Positions 21,938 through 32,405 are shown, counted from the first letter of the whole stretch. The stretch is 63,932 nucleotides of DNA, filler included, from 21 parts of 21 records of this genome joined end to end with filler, not necessarily neighbours in it; one strand, 5' to 3'. The notes: a model not told the origin generated them from the sequence alone. Translations and numbers: made by a program.

Positions 21938-22857
21938 TCGCAAAAAAGCTGCTTAACAGATCCACTGAAAACTCATCCAAGCAGACATACAAACAAGCAT
22001 GGAACATGTACAAAAAATTTTCAAGTGAATTAGGACTGCGTGAAGCAATTTTTCCTGTACCAATTTTCTTGCTATCGGCTTTTATAGGTTATTTGTTTGA
22101 CTTAGGCTTAGCATCAGCATCAATACATACATACACTGCCGCGATTGGAGCAGCACATGCTCTGATTGATGCTCCAGATCCAGTAAAAGCCAAAATCAAT
22201 AAGAAAATACTTGTTGGTGTCCGAAAATCACGACAATCTCGTGACACTCGGCAGCCCGTCTCATACAAAATGTTGAAAAACTTAGTGGACTCAGTAGATC
22301 ATGTATTATGCTCTGCATATAGTAAACACTTGTACAAAACTATGATTTTGTTGGCATTCAAAGCACTGTTACGAATAGGAGAGATGTGTGTCCGAGCAGG
22401 TGTAGGCAAAAACCATACGCTGCAGCGAGATAGTTTGTCTTTTACTTTTGATAAGCAAAAGAAAATAAATGGGTTTCTGCTGACTTTCCACACATTCAAA
22501 CATCACATTAACCTGCATCCTGTTTCTTTATGTATTGGGTTGGAAAGAGATCAGAATTACTGTGTAGTCACAGCCATGCATAAATACCTACTGCTTAGAT
22601 CAAATCAAAGTGGGCCATTGTTTCTAAGTGAGCGCGGGGGAGCTGTGTCATGCTCGGTATTCAATAAGATCCTAAGAAGTTTAGTCGCGTTCATGGGAGG
22701 TGATATTAAAAGAGTTAAATCCCATTCTTTTAGAATTGGTGGGGCCACATATTTAGCTAGCAAGGGGGTCCCAGCCGACCAGATAAAAGCAATGGGAAGG
22801 TGGAAATCGGATGCATACAAAGGATATATCCGCATTCCAAAGTTCAGATTAACATAA
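21877..22857 (+). CDS. Tyrosine recombinase of an Ngaro-type retroelement
   Basis: LLRIGE, HSFRIGGAT, GRWKSDAYKGY (R..HxxR..W..Y); overlaps the end of the RNase H ORF. Confidence 0.95.
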   Translation: MGRSNATGNTTRTKANKYFLVAKKLLNRSTENSSKQTYKQAWNMYKKFSSELGLREAIFPVPIFLLSAFIGYLFDLGLASASIHTYTAAIGAAHALIDAPDPVKAKINKKILVGVRKSRQSRDTRQPVSYKMLKNLVDSVDHVLCSAYSKHLYKTMILLAFKALLRIGEMCVRAGVGKNHTLQRDSLSFTFDKQKKINGFLLTFHTFKHHINLHPVSLCIGLERDQNYCVVTAMHKYLLLRSNQSGPLFLSERGGAVSCSVFNKILRSLVAFMGGDIKRVKSHSFRIGGATYLASKGVPADQIKAMGRWKSDAYKGYIRIPKFRLT

Positions 22858-22941
22858 TTTAGGACATGCAGCGTATGGTTTTTTGCAAAGTTAGTTTCAG
22901 AGGATTTTTAGCATTTATGCATATTAGCCTAGCAGTAAGGC

Positions 22942-23400
22942 CTGCAGGAGCTGTACCTTATTGCTGTTAGGAATTTTCCAACATTTATATGCACATACAT
23001 TTATTGTCAGTATGGTCTGCAGGAGCTGTACCTTATTGCCGTTAGAATGTTTTTGTTCAACATTTATGTACATAATTATTTTAAATAGCAGTTGGGTTGC
23101 AGGAGCTGCACCTTATAGCTTTAAGCCTATTACGATTTTGGCATACATATATATCGAAATAAGTTTACAAGTTCTTTGTTTTGCCATTTTAATTTGCATC
23201 AAGCCATCAACTAGTGCCATTAGTGGGCTGCCAACCACTTTCTTTTATCTAGAAAATATACATTTGAAGGCATTGATTATGCCTGCAGTGTTATATTCTG
23301 CCTGTCCCATTGTCATGGCCCGGCGGGTTTTTAAACCATTATTTACAAGGATATATATAATTGTTGTGAGAATTCTAATGGGTCTGCAGGAGCTGATCCA
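22942..23400. repeat. Repeated TGCAGGAGCTG motif downstream of the recombinase
   Basis: Copies at 22942, 23017, 23098 and 23384; the first two are part of a roughly 75-bp tandem duplication. Confidence 0.8.
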
Positions 23401-23921
23401 TTTATATTCTTACTGCCCAGCTGTTGGGTTGTAAAGCAGAGTGTACAGATTTCTGGCTCTTTCATTGGGGCATTCAGGACAGGTTCACTGTTTCTAGGGT
23501 CAGGTGGGGGGAATTATTGAGGGAGGTCTCCAACGGCGGATAACAGGTGACCGGATCTGTCAGAGACTCACTCAATAATTCAGTGGCGTTTAGGCCCACC
23601 TGGTCTACATATANNNNNNNNNNNNNNNNNNNNNNNNNNNNNNNNNNNNNNNNNNNNTTAATTAATTAANNNNNNNNNNNNNNNNNNNNNNNNNNNNNNN
23701 NNNNNNNNNNNNNGATGTACCCGTACTATACAGAGAGATTCTTGTTGCCCTCTAGTTTCTTTGGTTCTACCGTACCACATGCACCACGGTATAGTTATAT
23801 AAATGTAATTCACACTACACACTTATTTGGCTCACTTTAGGCAAACAATAGGTCTAGGTAAATGAAAATTGACACAATTTTGCTAAAACCATGGCTATGT
23901 AATGTCTACATCCGTGTAGCT

Positions 23922-25691
23922 TTATACTGCCAGTAGCCTACAGTAATTATTTAGTTGGCTACCAAGCATATCTCTCCATTTGCAGAACTCTTTAAGCATT
24001 GTTGTATTTCCTCTTTCCACTTCCATTGACACGAACGTTTCCAATTTGACAACCTTTACACCATCCACCCAAAAATGTAGTCTTGGATCAAACAATAGAT
24101 CATCTAATGTCACCCCACCATTTCGTTGTGGCACATAACTGCTAGGATATTCTATAAAGTTCTCTAAGTGCACCAAAGATTGATACCTGGTTCCATCTCT
24201 CATGATTAGACTTACTTTACTTATATTGCATATACCCAGCACATTAAGAACACTCTCGGATACAACAATCATATTTCCGAATATATCTGGATATTTGGCG
24301 TGCGAAGTAAGAGGAGCTAGTGAAGATGTGAGTCTATTTACAACTGGTGTATATTTAGCACGGTTTAAGAATGCAATACTATTATCGTTTAGAAGCATTT
24401 TGCCCAGATGCACTGACTCTATATGGTTGTCTGTGCAGTGAATTGACGCAAACGACAAGTTAAAAAGATCCCTTATTTCCAGTTTTGTTTGCACGACCAA
24501 CTCTATGGTACTTGCTAAGACAAAAACTCTCATTGGATTTTCTGTTATTGGTGGCACACCATACATTTCATGTGCCTTTTGCTGGACATACTCGGTAGTG
24601 TTTATCCGACTGTTGAATTTTTCTTTAAATGGATACATATGCTGCACCAGGAGAAGTGGACCATCCTCTTTTAAATAGACGTCCTTCCTGTATATTATTT
24701 CACCAATTGTTTTAAACATATTTTGTAGTTCATCATCCATTCCACGGGCAACCGGAAATACCAAACAAATGAACATCTCTTGTTTTATCATAAGATACTG
24801 TAAAACAGCTTCGTCAATGAGAGCATTGTGCATTTTTACAGATTTAGTGAATTCATCATCAATCGCTCTAGTTATACAATAATCATTTTTACATGTTAAA
24901 TATTTCATATGCATCTCTAAATTTTTCTCGAAATCGATAAATATTGCCATTTGTAACTTGTTGAGCGATGATGATGAATCATTTGTTCCCGTCGAGACCA
25001 AGTTGTAATTATATTGTATGCACGCTTTACTTAATATGTTCCTGAGATCGCAGGCTTTGCGAACAATAGAGTCATAAATTTCAACTTCACTTGCGAAGTA
25101 GCCATTATCAAAGATATATTCAGTATCATAATAGTACATTGTCTTTAAGTAAGTCTCAACCATCCACCTTGTATCGTACTGCTCCATTAGATACTCTGCA
25201 TACAGATACAAAGGAATCAGACCTAACTGTTTTTCTGGCGTCTTGACAATGCGTCCCAAGATAAGTTTTTTTAAAGTTTCGTTTACTCCATCACATAGCC
25301 TTCCATTATTTTTATTTAGGAATAATCTCTCATCTTGCAAATCATTGTTAACACAATTTCCCGAACTAGTATCATTGATAAAAGTATTCAAAACCCTGTC
25401 AAAATTGCTGAATAGAAGCACTCGCTCTAGAAGTTTATTATTTAGTATTTGAGCCGTGATCTTGTTATTCTTGGCGAATTCTTGCAAACGATCCATTTTC
25501 TTCGAATGCCACCCATCGTTTTGGAGTTTTCTCGAGCCTTGGTGTATTATTACGAAACACAAGCCGCCAAAAATCGATGCTAGAAGAATGACAGGCAGTG
25601 AAATTCTGAGATACCGGCACAACTGTCGTTTCCACGCTTGTTTTCCGATCATCGCAATAATGTGGGTTGGCTTTTGACAAGTATTGGACAT
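23922..25691 (-). CDS. Uncharacterised intronless type II membrane protein (589 aa)
   Basis: Short basic N-tail, then a single TM segment ISLPVILLASIFGGLCFVII, then a long globular region; complete ATG-to-stop ORF. Confidence 0.75.
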   Translation of the reverse strand: MSNTCQKPTHIIAMIGKQAWKRQLCRYLRISLPVILLASIFGGLCFVIIHQGSRKLQNDGWHSKKMDRLQEFAKNNKITAQILNNKLLERVLLFSNFDRVLNTFINDTSSGNCVNNDLQDERLFLNKNNGRLCDGVNETLKKLILGRIVKTPEKQLGLIPLYLYAEYLMEQYDTRWMVETYLKTMYYYDTEYIFDNGYFASEVEIYDSIVRKACDLRNILSKACIQYNYNLVSTGTNDSSSSLNKLQMAIFIDFEKNLEMHMKYLTCKNDYCITRAIDDEFTKSVKMHNALIDEAVLQYLMIKQEMFICLVFPVARGMDDELQNMFKTIGEIIYRKDVYLKEDGPLLLVQHMYPFKEKFNSRINTTEYVQQKAHEMYGVPPITENPMRVFVLASTIELVVQTKLEIRDLFNLSFASIHCTDNHIESVHLGKMLLNDNSIAFLNRAKYTPVVNRLTSSLAPLTSHAKYPDIFGNMIVVSESVLNVLGICNISKVSLIMRDGTRYQSLVHLENFIEYPSSYVPQRNGGVTLDDLLFDPRLHFWVDGVKVVKLETFVSMEVERGNTTMLKEFCKWRDMLGSQLNNYCRLLAV

Positions 25692-26093
25692 ACAGCGGAT
25701 TATTGTCTAAGAGAACTATAGATTATAGTAGTTCAACTATTGATCTAAAATAAGATGAATATGCAAAAAGTACAGAAAACACAAACATAATTAATTTGAA
25801 TACAAAAAAACTAAGATGCATTTGCCTAAATCTTTATTGAAGACTGCACATATTTTTTACAGTGGTGTAGCAGACCAGTAGCCCTACTCCTCTGGACCGG
25901 CTCCAAGCACTAATGGGTAATATTTAAACTGCGGTCGGTAGACATCTAGAGGCCCGGTCATCGCTACGCTCTGGTNNNNNNNNNNNNNNNNNNNNNNNNN
26001 NNNNNNNNNNNNNNNNNNNTTAATTAATTAANNNNNNNNNNNNNNNNNNNNNNNNNNNNNNNNNNNNNNNNNNNNTTTTATTCTCAACCCAGT

Positions 26094-28871
26094 ATGATGG
26101 CTTCTCGGGCCAGTTTGGCCGCGGCTCCAGTGACGGCTATCCACGGACAGCGCACACGGGAAGACGGAAGCTTAGCAGAATTGAAAGGCCGCTATGCAGC
26201 ATGGAACTCAAGCATAGCCACGTATGTGGCTGAGAAGATGAATCTGGCAGATTCAGACCAAATGAATGACACCGTCGGGATAGATGTGATAGAGGCATTT
26301 TCCCGCGTCCAGGTTTACACCCAGCAAGGATGGTCTGAACTGCTGGCAATCTTATCGGACGTCGAGAGGCAGTTGGATCGATACCGCCTACAAAGACGGG
26401 ACAACATTCGACCAGGTGAGAATCAAGCATACACACGGTTTGTAGATCTCCTCTTAGGCGAATGCCAGGAAATGGTGGACTTCTCTGGGAAATTGGCACG
26501 GATAACCATGTGCCCAACACTAAGAATTCTACTCCAAGCAGGAGAAGCTGACCCAACATACCATGACATCGTCCGGGAAGTCACAAGCAACCCAGCTAGA
26601 CTGGAAGAGAGGGAGGTAGCACTGCTTCAGCACTATGCCCCAAGGGCAGTAGAGTTAGGCCAGGCCATCCGACGAATGAGAAACTTCCAGGAGCAATTGC
26701 TACACCAACAATTCATGGTCAAGTGGAGACCATTGGGAGAAAAACCAAACTCGACAGTGGTACGGGGAAGAAGCCAAGAAAGACGACCCCGAAGAAGTGA
26801 AACCACACGGGCAGACGAATACGAGAGGAGGGCAAGCCGCGTACGGTTCGAGCAAACTGGCAGTGAGGCGTCCAGCAATAGTGAACAACCAACAACAGAA
26901 ACCCGGGACAGAAGACTCTTTGACAGGCACACCAGTCCCGATAGAGGAATAGCCAGTAGATCTGCAGAGAGACAGTCCTATACCACCACCGCAAATGACA
27001 GAGAAAGGCTACGGAGAGAAAGACGGTCAGATAGATGGTTAGAGAGACGGACCTACATGGACTCGTCGGACGACGACATGGCTCCCACGGAAAGGCAAAG
27101 GACATATGGACACCAATTATTAGAGGACAGGATCCAAGGAGAGAGGTATGAAAACAGACATGGACATAGACAGTTTGAGCGACAACCAAGCAACACGGCT
27201 TCAGGTGACTATTTCACCCACCGGACTGAAAGAGAAACTGGACGGCCAGCGCCAACGCGGGATGACGTGACGTGGGGCCTAGAAGATTTAGAGCTGGAGG
27301 ACGCACAGACTGAGAGCCAGGAAGGCGGATCAGCACCACAACCATTCATAAGAGACAATCACTCATTGGGTGCAGGAGAAGAGACAAGGATAAAACAACC
27401 TAGAATCAGCTCCCATAAAAAATACCGGGCTCCCCAACCAGTACCGGCCGAAACACCAAGGCAGCAATGGTACGTAGGGACACCAGAATCGTATATACCA
27501 ACGTGTGTTCCCCAACCCATAGGCTATGGGCAAGGACCAAATACACTTACACAGCGAACGCCGCTCTATACGATGGCTCAACCAACACGGATACCACAAC
27601 ACCTCACCAGTACACCAGGGATCCCAACGGAGCGAACAACACCAATATTCTCTTTAGGCGCACCACCCATGACAGACACGCCAAGAAGACCAAGTGGAAC
27701 CAGGTGGAGACATGCACAAGGAGAACAAGATACTTGGCCTGTAACATATCCCGATGTTCAGAGCCCGATGCCGTATCAAGTCACCGAAGATAGGCCAACA
27801 GTGAGTAGGAGAATACTGACTGCGGGAACGTTCCCACAAGCATGGGTTAAGAAAATGGATGGATTATCAGATTCCCCTTCGGAGGTTCAACTGAAAAAAT
27901 TCTGGACCCAATTCGAAGGCCTAAGAAGGGGTAATACCTATTTCATTACCTACCCAAATGAGGTGTTCACCGTTTTTCTACAGAAGTGTCAACGTGCAGG
28001 AGAGATGTACTCTTGGGCACTGGACAAACTGGAATCGCCCGAATTCCGAAGTCTGGATGGGTCGTACCATAATTGGCCAGTGTTCGCTGAGGCCTTTGAG
28101 GAACGATATGTCCGACCACAACCCGGACGAGTAATGGAGATCAAGCAAGGAGATCGCAGTGTGAGAGAATATTTGTATGCACTGCGGGAGGAGACTAAAT
28201 ATAGCCGCCTCCCTTGCTCAGAAGAACGGCTAAAGGAAATCTTCTTGCATGGATTGAATAACTATCTAAAAGTACATGTGCTAAGCCAGGACATTGAAAG
28301 GAAAAGTCTAGCAGAAACGGAGCAGCTAGCCTACCGACGCGAGCAAGCACAAGAGAATGCCAGGGGCCAGGACCGGTATCAATCAGGACCACAGCAGCCA
28401 CGTCGTGCAAATAATGTTAGGCAAGTACAGATTGCTGAGGACCAACAGGACCAGCGACGCGAGGCAAGTGCCAGAAAGCCGGAGTCAACAGCAAATAATC
28501 AACCCCCCTCAAATGAACAATTGCAAAACGGACCACCATCTCGAGGCAACCAGGTGAGAACAGCACAGGACACAAGACGACCGGAAGGTCAGCGAAACGA
28601 ACGGAGATCCGTACCTAGACCAACCTATCCACCGTGCCCAAAGTGTAATAAGACGAATCATCAAGAAATCGACTGCTGGTCAATCCTATACTGTGAGTTT
28701 TGTAGAGTCTATGGACATCCTACTGAACGATGTTTCGTCCGCCTGAAAAGTGAAGGAAGGAGCTCACATCCGCCCAACAATAGAAATGTGAACAACACTG
28801 ACAACAACAACTCTCGAACCGAGCGCGCATATATGATCCGAGTCGGAGCAGGACCCGGACGGGCCGAATGA
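26094..28871 (+). CDS. Gypsy-like gag (925 aa)
   Basis: Retrotransposon-gag motifs (WPVFAEAFEERY, IKQGDRSVREY, IFLHGLNNYLK) and two CCHC knuckles, CPKCNKTNHQEIDC and CEFCRVYGHPTERC. Confidence 0.85.
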   Translation: MMASRASLAAAPVTAIHGQRTREDGSLAELKGRYAAWNSSIATYVAEKMNLADSDQMNDTVGIDVIEAFSRVQVYTQQGWSELLAILSDVERQLDRYRLQRRDNIRPGENQAYTRFVDLLLGECQEMVDFSGKLARITMCPTLRILLQAGEADPTYHDIVREVTSNPARLEEREVALLQHYAPRAVELGQAIRRMRNFQEQLLHQQFMVKWRPLGEKPNSTVVRGRSQERRPRRSETTRADEYERRASRVRFEQTGSEASSNSEQPTTETRDRRLFDRHTSPDRGIASRSAERQSYTTTANDRERLRRERRSDRWLERRTYMDSSDDDMAPTERQRTYGHQLLEDRIQGERYENRHGHRQFERQPSNTASGDYFTHRTERETGRPAPTRDDVTWGLEDLELEDAQTESQEGGSAPQPFIRDNHSLGAGEETRIKQPRISSHKKYRAPQPVPAETPRQQWYVGTPESYIPTCVPQPIGYGQGPNTLTQRTPLYTMAQPTRIPQHLTSTPGIPTERTTPIFSLGAPPMTDTPRRPSGTRWRHAQGEQDTWPVTYPDVQSPMPYQVTEDRPTVSRRILTAGTFPQAWVKKMDGLSDSPSEVQLKKFWTQFEGLRRGNTYFITYPNEVFTVFLQKCQRAGEMYSWALDKLESPEFRSLDGSYHNWPVFAEAFEERYVRPQPGRVMEIKQGDRSVREYLYALREETKYSRLPCSEERLKEIFLHGLNNYLKVHVLSQDIERKSLAETEQLAYRREQAQENARGQDRYQSGPQQPRRANNVRQVQIAEDQQDQRREASARKPESTANNQPPSNEQLQNGPPSRGNQVRTAQDTRRPEGQRNERRSVPRPTYPPCPKCNKTNHQEIDCWSILYCEFCRVYGHPTERCFVRLKSEGRSSHPPNNRNVNNTDNNNSRTERAYMIRVGAGPGRAE

Positions 28872-30297
28872 CTAGGCCGGGACGGACAAGGGTTTCCGAC
28901 CATGTCTGTCGCTTGGGCCCAAACGGACAAGGAGCTAAAGGCAAATATAAAAATGGAAGACACTCAAAACTGCTGTGAAATGCCCAAAGTCAACAGGCGA
29001 GTTGGAATACTTGTCCACATAGGAAATTACGAAGTTTATGCGCAGCTCGACACCGGCGCTAGTGTGTGCCTGTTGTCGGAAAGATTAGGACAAAACATCA
29101 TTACCAACTTCGAAAGTTACATCTCCCCTCTACCGTCCGAATGGCGGGCCTTCGATATCGAAGGTGAAGAGCTCCACTGTATTGGGAGAATTAAACTTTG
29201 CATCATGTGGCTAAGTCGCCCAACCGTCTGCTCCTTCTTCGTTGTAAATAACCCGGAGCAGAAGAACTTATTTCTCTTGGGACTCGACAGTATTATGGGC
29301 ATAGGAGCGGCAATCGACCTAAGAACACGGACTTTAAGGGACAGCGATTCACTAGGTTCAATAAACAGCACGTGTTTACATTATGGTCTACATGAGCCCA
29401 GGACAGCCAATACGACCACCATAATTAGCACGGATCAATGCCTACTCAGGACCGCTCCCCCAGACAACCTGAATGAAGATACAGGGGTGGCCATAGACAA
29501 CACAGAAATGAACGGCGATATGTTGGTCTTGTCTACCGTATTAGCCGAAATGCAAAAGGAGCTCCTGGCAAGAATAAAGATTGAGACTAGCCAAAGCTGT
29601 TGCCAAATGCCCAACGTAAATATGCAGATCGGAATTTTGGTCAACCTAGGTGACTATGAGGTTTACGCCCAGATCGACACGGGAGCGAGTATTTCGCTGT
29701 TATCATACAACTTGGGATTGGAGATAATTCCCGACTTGGCAAATTATCTCTCGCCTCTGCCACATGGTTGGCGAGCACTCGGAGTAACCGGAGAGGAATT
29801 ACACTGTGTGGGAATGGTAAAAGTGTGCATGAATTGGCTGGACCAACTTACTGCCTGTTCCTTCTTCGTTATCAACAATCCGGCGCAAGACGATATGTTT
29901 CTTTTAGGACTAGACACCATCCTGAAGATGGAAGTAACGGTGGACCTAAAGTACCGAACATTGAGGGATGATGACCTACAAAGATCTAGAGGCTGTACTT
30001 GTCTACATTATGGCCTACATGCCCGACGAGCAGTGAGAACAGTGACGACAGGGTATGAAGGAATACGACCAGATTCACCTAGCCAATGCAGCTCTACGGA
30101 GCCAACCGAAAGGGTGGCAGGGATTAACATAAATGAGAAAGCTACCTGGGATACCGTCGGCCAAGGATTACCGAATGCCTCCAGGGCCGCAAAAGAGACA
30201 CACTGGAATAAAAACGGCCTGCCATCCATTCAGGAAGATGCAGACGAGCACTTAAAGACAAACAAGAACAGAAGCCAAGACAGACCACCCGAGGAGA
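28872..30297 (+). CDS. Tandem double retropepsin (aspartic protease) ORF, in frame with gag, 3'-truncated
   Basis: YAQLDTGASVCLLS...FLLGLD (Asp codon at 29049) and YAQIDTGASISLLS...FLLGLD (Asp codon at 29676). Same frame as gag and separated from it only by TGA 28869-28871. Confidence 0.88.
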
Positions 30298-30694
30298 NNN
30301 NNNNNNNNNNNNNNNNNNNNNNNNNNNNNNNNNNNNNNNNNTTAATTAATTAANNNNNNNNNNNNNNNNNNNNNNNNNNNNNNNNNNNNNNNNNNNNTAG
30401 AAATATTGATACGCACAGGCTGTTAGCTACAAAGATGCCGATAGCATTTCAGTATGCTGTTTTCAAAAATACATCCTTTGTGTGTGGGCGTACATATACT
30501 CATATATAAATAGTCATATGCCCAACCACTAATCCCTATAGTATATACACGCATTATTTTGCAAATATTTATTTCCCTATAGAATATTTTAAGGAATTTA
30601 TTGTTGGACAATGATAATAAATAACGGTGGCTAGAATTATAACATCTGCTATGGTAGTAATATTATGAACTATGCAGTGTAACTGGCGTGTAGG

Positions 30695-32405
30695 CTTGCA
30701 AAACAGCGGTTATGCAATGCCATGCTTGCAGTAGAGTGGCAGCGCACGTATACAATGCCGTACTTGCAGTAAGTATACCAAACAGTGTGCATGCAATGCC
30801 GTGCCTGCAGTGTAAGAATGCCAAACAGCATGTATTCAATGTCGTACTTGCAGTAAGTATGCCAAACAGCGTGTATGCGATACTGTACTTTCAGTGAGAA
30901 TGATAACCAGCACATGATTATGTAAAACAGCTTGTATGCAATGCCTTACTTGTAGTAAGTATGCTAAACCGCACGTATTCTATGCAATGTACTACTTGCA
31001 GTGAGAATGACAAGCGGCGCGTATGCAAGGCTGTTCTTGCAGTAGAATTGCCATACAGCATGTATGAAATGTTTTTCGTGTCATTAGGGCGGATGACAGC
31101 GCATGATATTAATTGCCGTTCTTGGCATAGAAAAGCCAAACAGCGCGTATGAAATGCCATTCTGGCAGTCCGAATAACACACAGCGAGTATACAATGCCA
31201 GTCTTGAAGTATGAATGTTAAACAGTATAATATGCAATTACATTCTTGTAATGGGAATGCCAAACAGCACGTATGCAATGCCGTTATTGCAGTAGGAATG
31301 TCAAACCGCGTGTATGCAATGCGTTCCTGAAGTAGGAATGCCATACAGCACGTATGCAATGCCATTCCTGCATTAGGAATGTTAAACGGCCCGTATGCTG
31401 TGCCGTTCTTGAAGTAAATATGCTATATAAAGCGCGTATGCAGCGTCGCTCCTGTAGTAGGAATGCTAAACAGCACGCATACAGTGCCATTCTTGTAGTA
31501 GGAAGGCCAAACAGTGTGTATGCAATACAGCACTTGCAGTGAAACTAACTGTCAAACAGATTGTATGCAACGCCGTAATTGCAGTAATATTGCCAAACAG
31601 CGCGTGTGCAATGTTGTATTTGATGTCAGAATGCCAAACAGCGTGTATGCAATGCCGTAGTTGCAGTAACACTGCCAAACAGAGTGTATGCAATGCTGTG
31701 ATTGCAGTAACGCTGCCAAACAGTGCGTATGGAATACATCCTTTCAGTCAGAATGTCAAACAGCGTGTCAATTGCTGTTCTTACAGTCGGAATGCCAAGC
31801 AGCGCATATGCCATGCCGTTCCTGCAGTAGGAATGCCAAACAGCATGTATGCTATGCCGTTCCTGCGCGGGGAATGCCAAACAGAGCGTAGGCAGTGCCG
31901 TTCTTACAGTAAGAATACCGAGCAGAGTGTATGCAATGCCGTTCTTGCAGTAGGAATGCCAAGCAGCATGTAGGCTATGCCGTTCCTGCGCTCAGAATAC
32001 CAAACAGAGTGTAGGCAGTGCGTTTCTTACAGTAAGAATGCCGAGCAGCGTGTATGCAATGCCGTTCCTGCACTAGGCATGCCAAACAGCATGTATGCTT
32101 TGCCGTTCCTGCAGTGGAATGCTAAACAGTGTGTATGCAATGCGATTCATTCAGTAGGACTGACAAATAGCACGTATGCAAGGCTATTCTTGCAATACCA
32201 AAGAGAAACAGCTCGTATGCAATTATGCAATTCTTTCAGTAAGAATGTCAATCAGCACGCATGCAATGCCGTGATTGCAGTAATAATGCGGAACAGGGTA
32301 TATGCAATTCCATTCTTTGAATAGCAATGACAAACAGCTCGTATGCAATGCCGTTCTTTCAGTAGGAATGCCAACTAGTGCATATATGCAATGCCACTGT
32401 TGCAA
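30695..32405. repeat. 41-bp satellite array (about 40 diverged copies)
   Basis: Consensus close to GCCAAACAGCGTGTATGCAATGCCGTTCTTGCAGTAGGAAT, head to tail with no unique spacers; runs into the contig end. Confidence 0.95.

Noticed and set aside
22961-23434. 157-aa hydrophobic ORF as Ngaro ORF4 (SGNH hydrolase)
   Set aside because: TTG start, overlaps T-rich repeats and lacks GxS/GxND/DxxH motifs.
25860-25975. CAGTGGTGTAGCAG resembling a hAT-type TIR near the contig end
   Set aside because: No partner TIR or TSD is visible, and the match is too short to support.
30695-32405. Possible CRISPR array or Cys/His-rich small ORFs
   Set aside because: Head-to-tail degenerate 41-bp monomers with no unique spacers and no cas genes; the ORFs are translations of the satellite.
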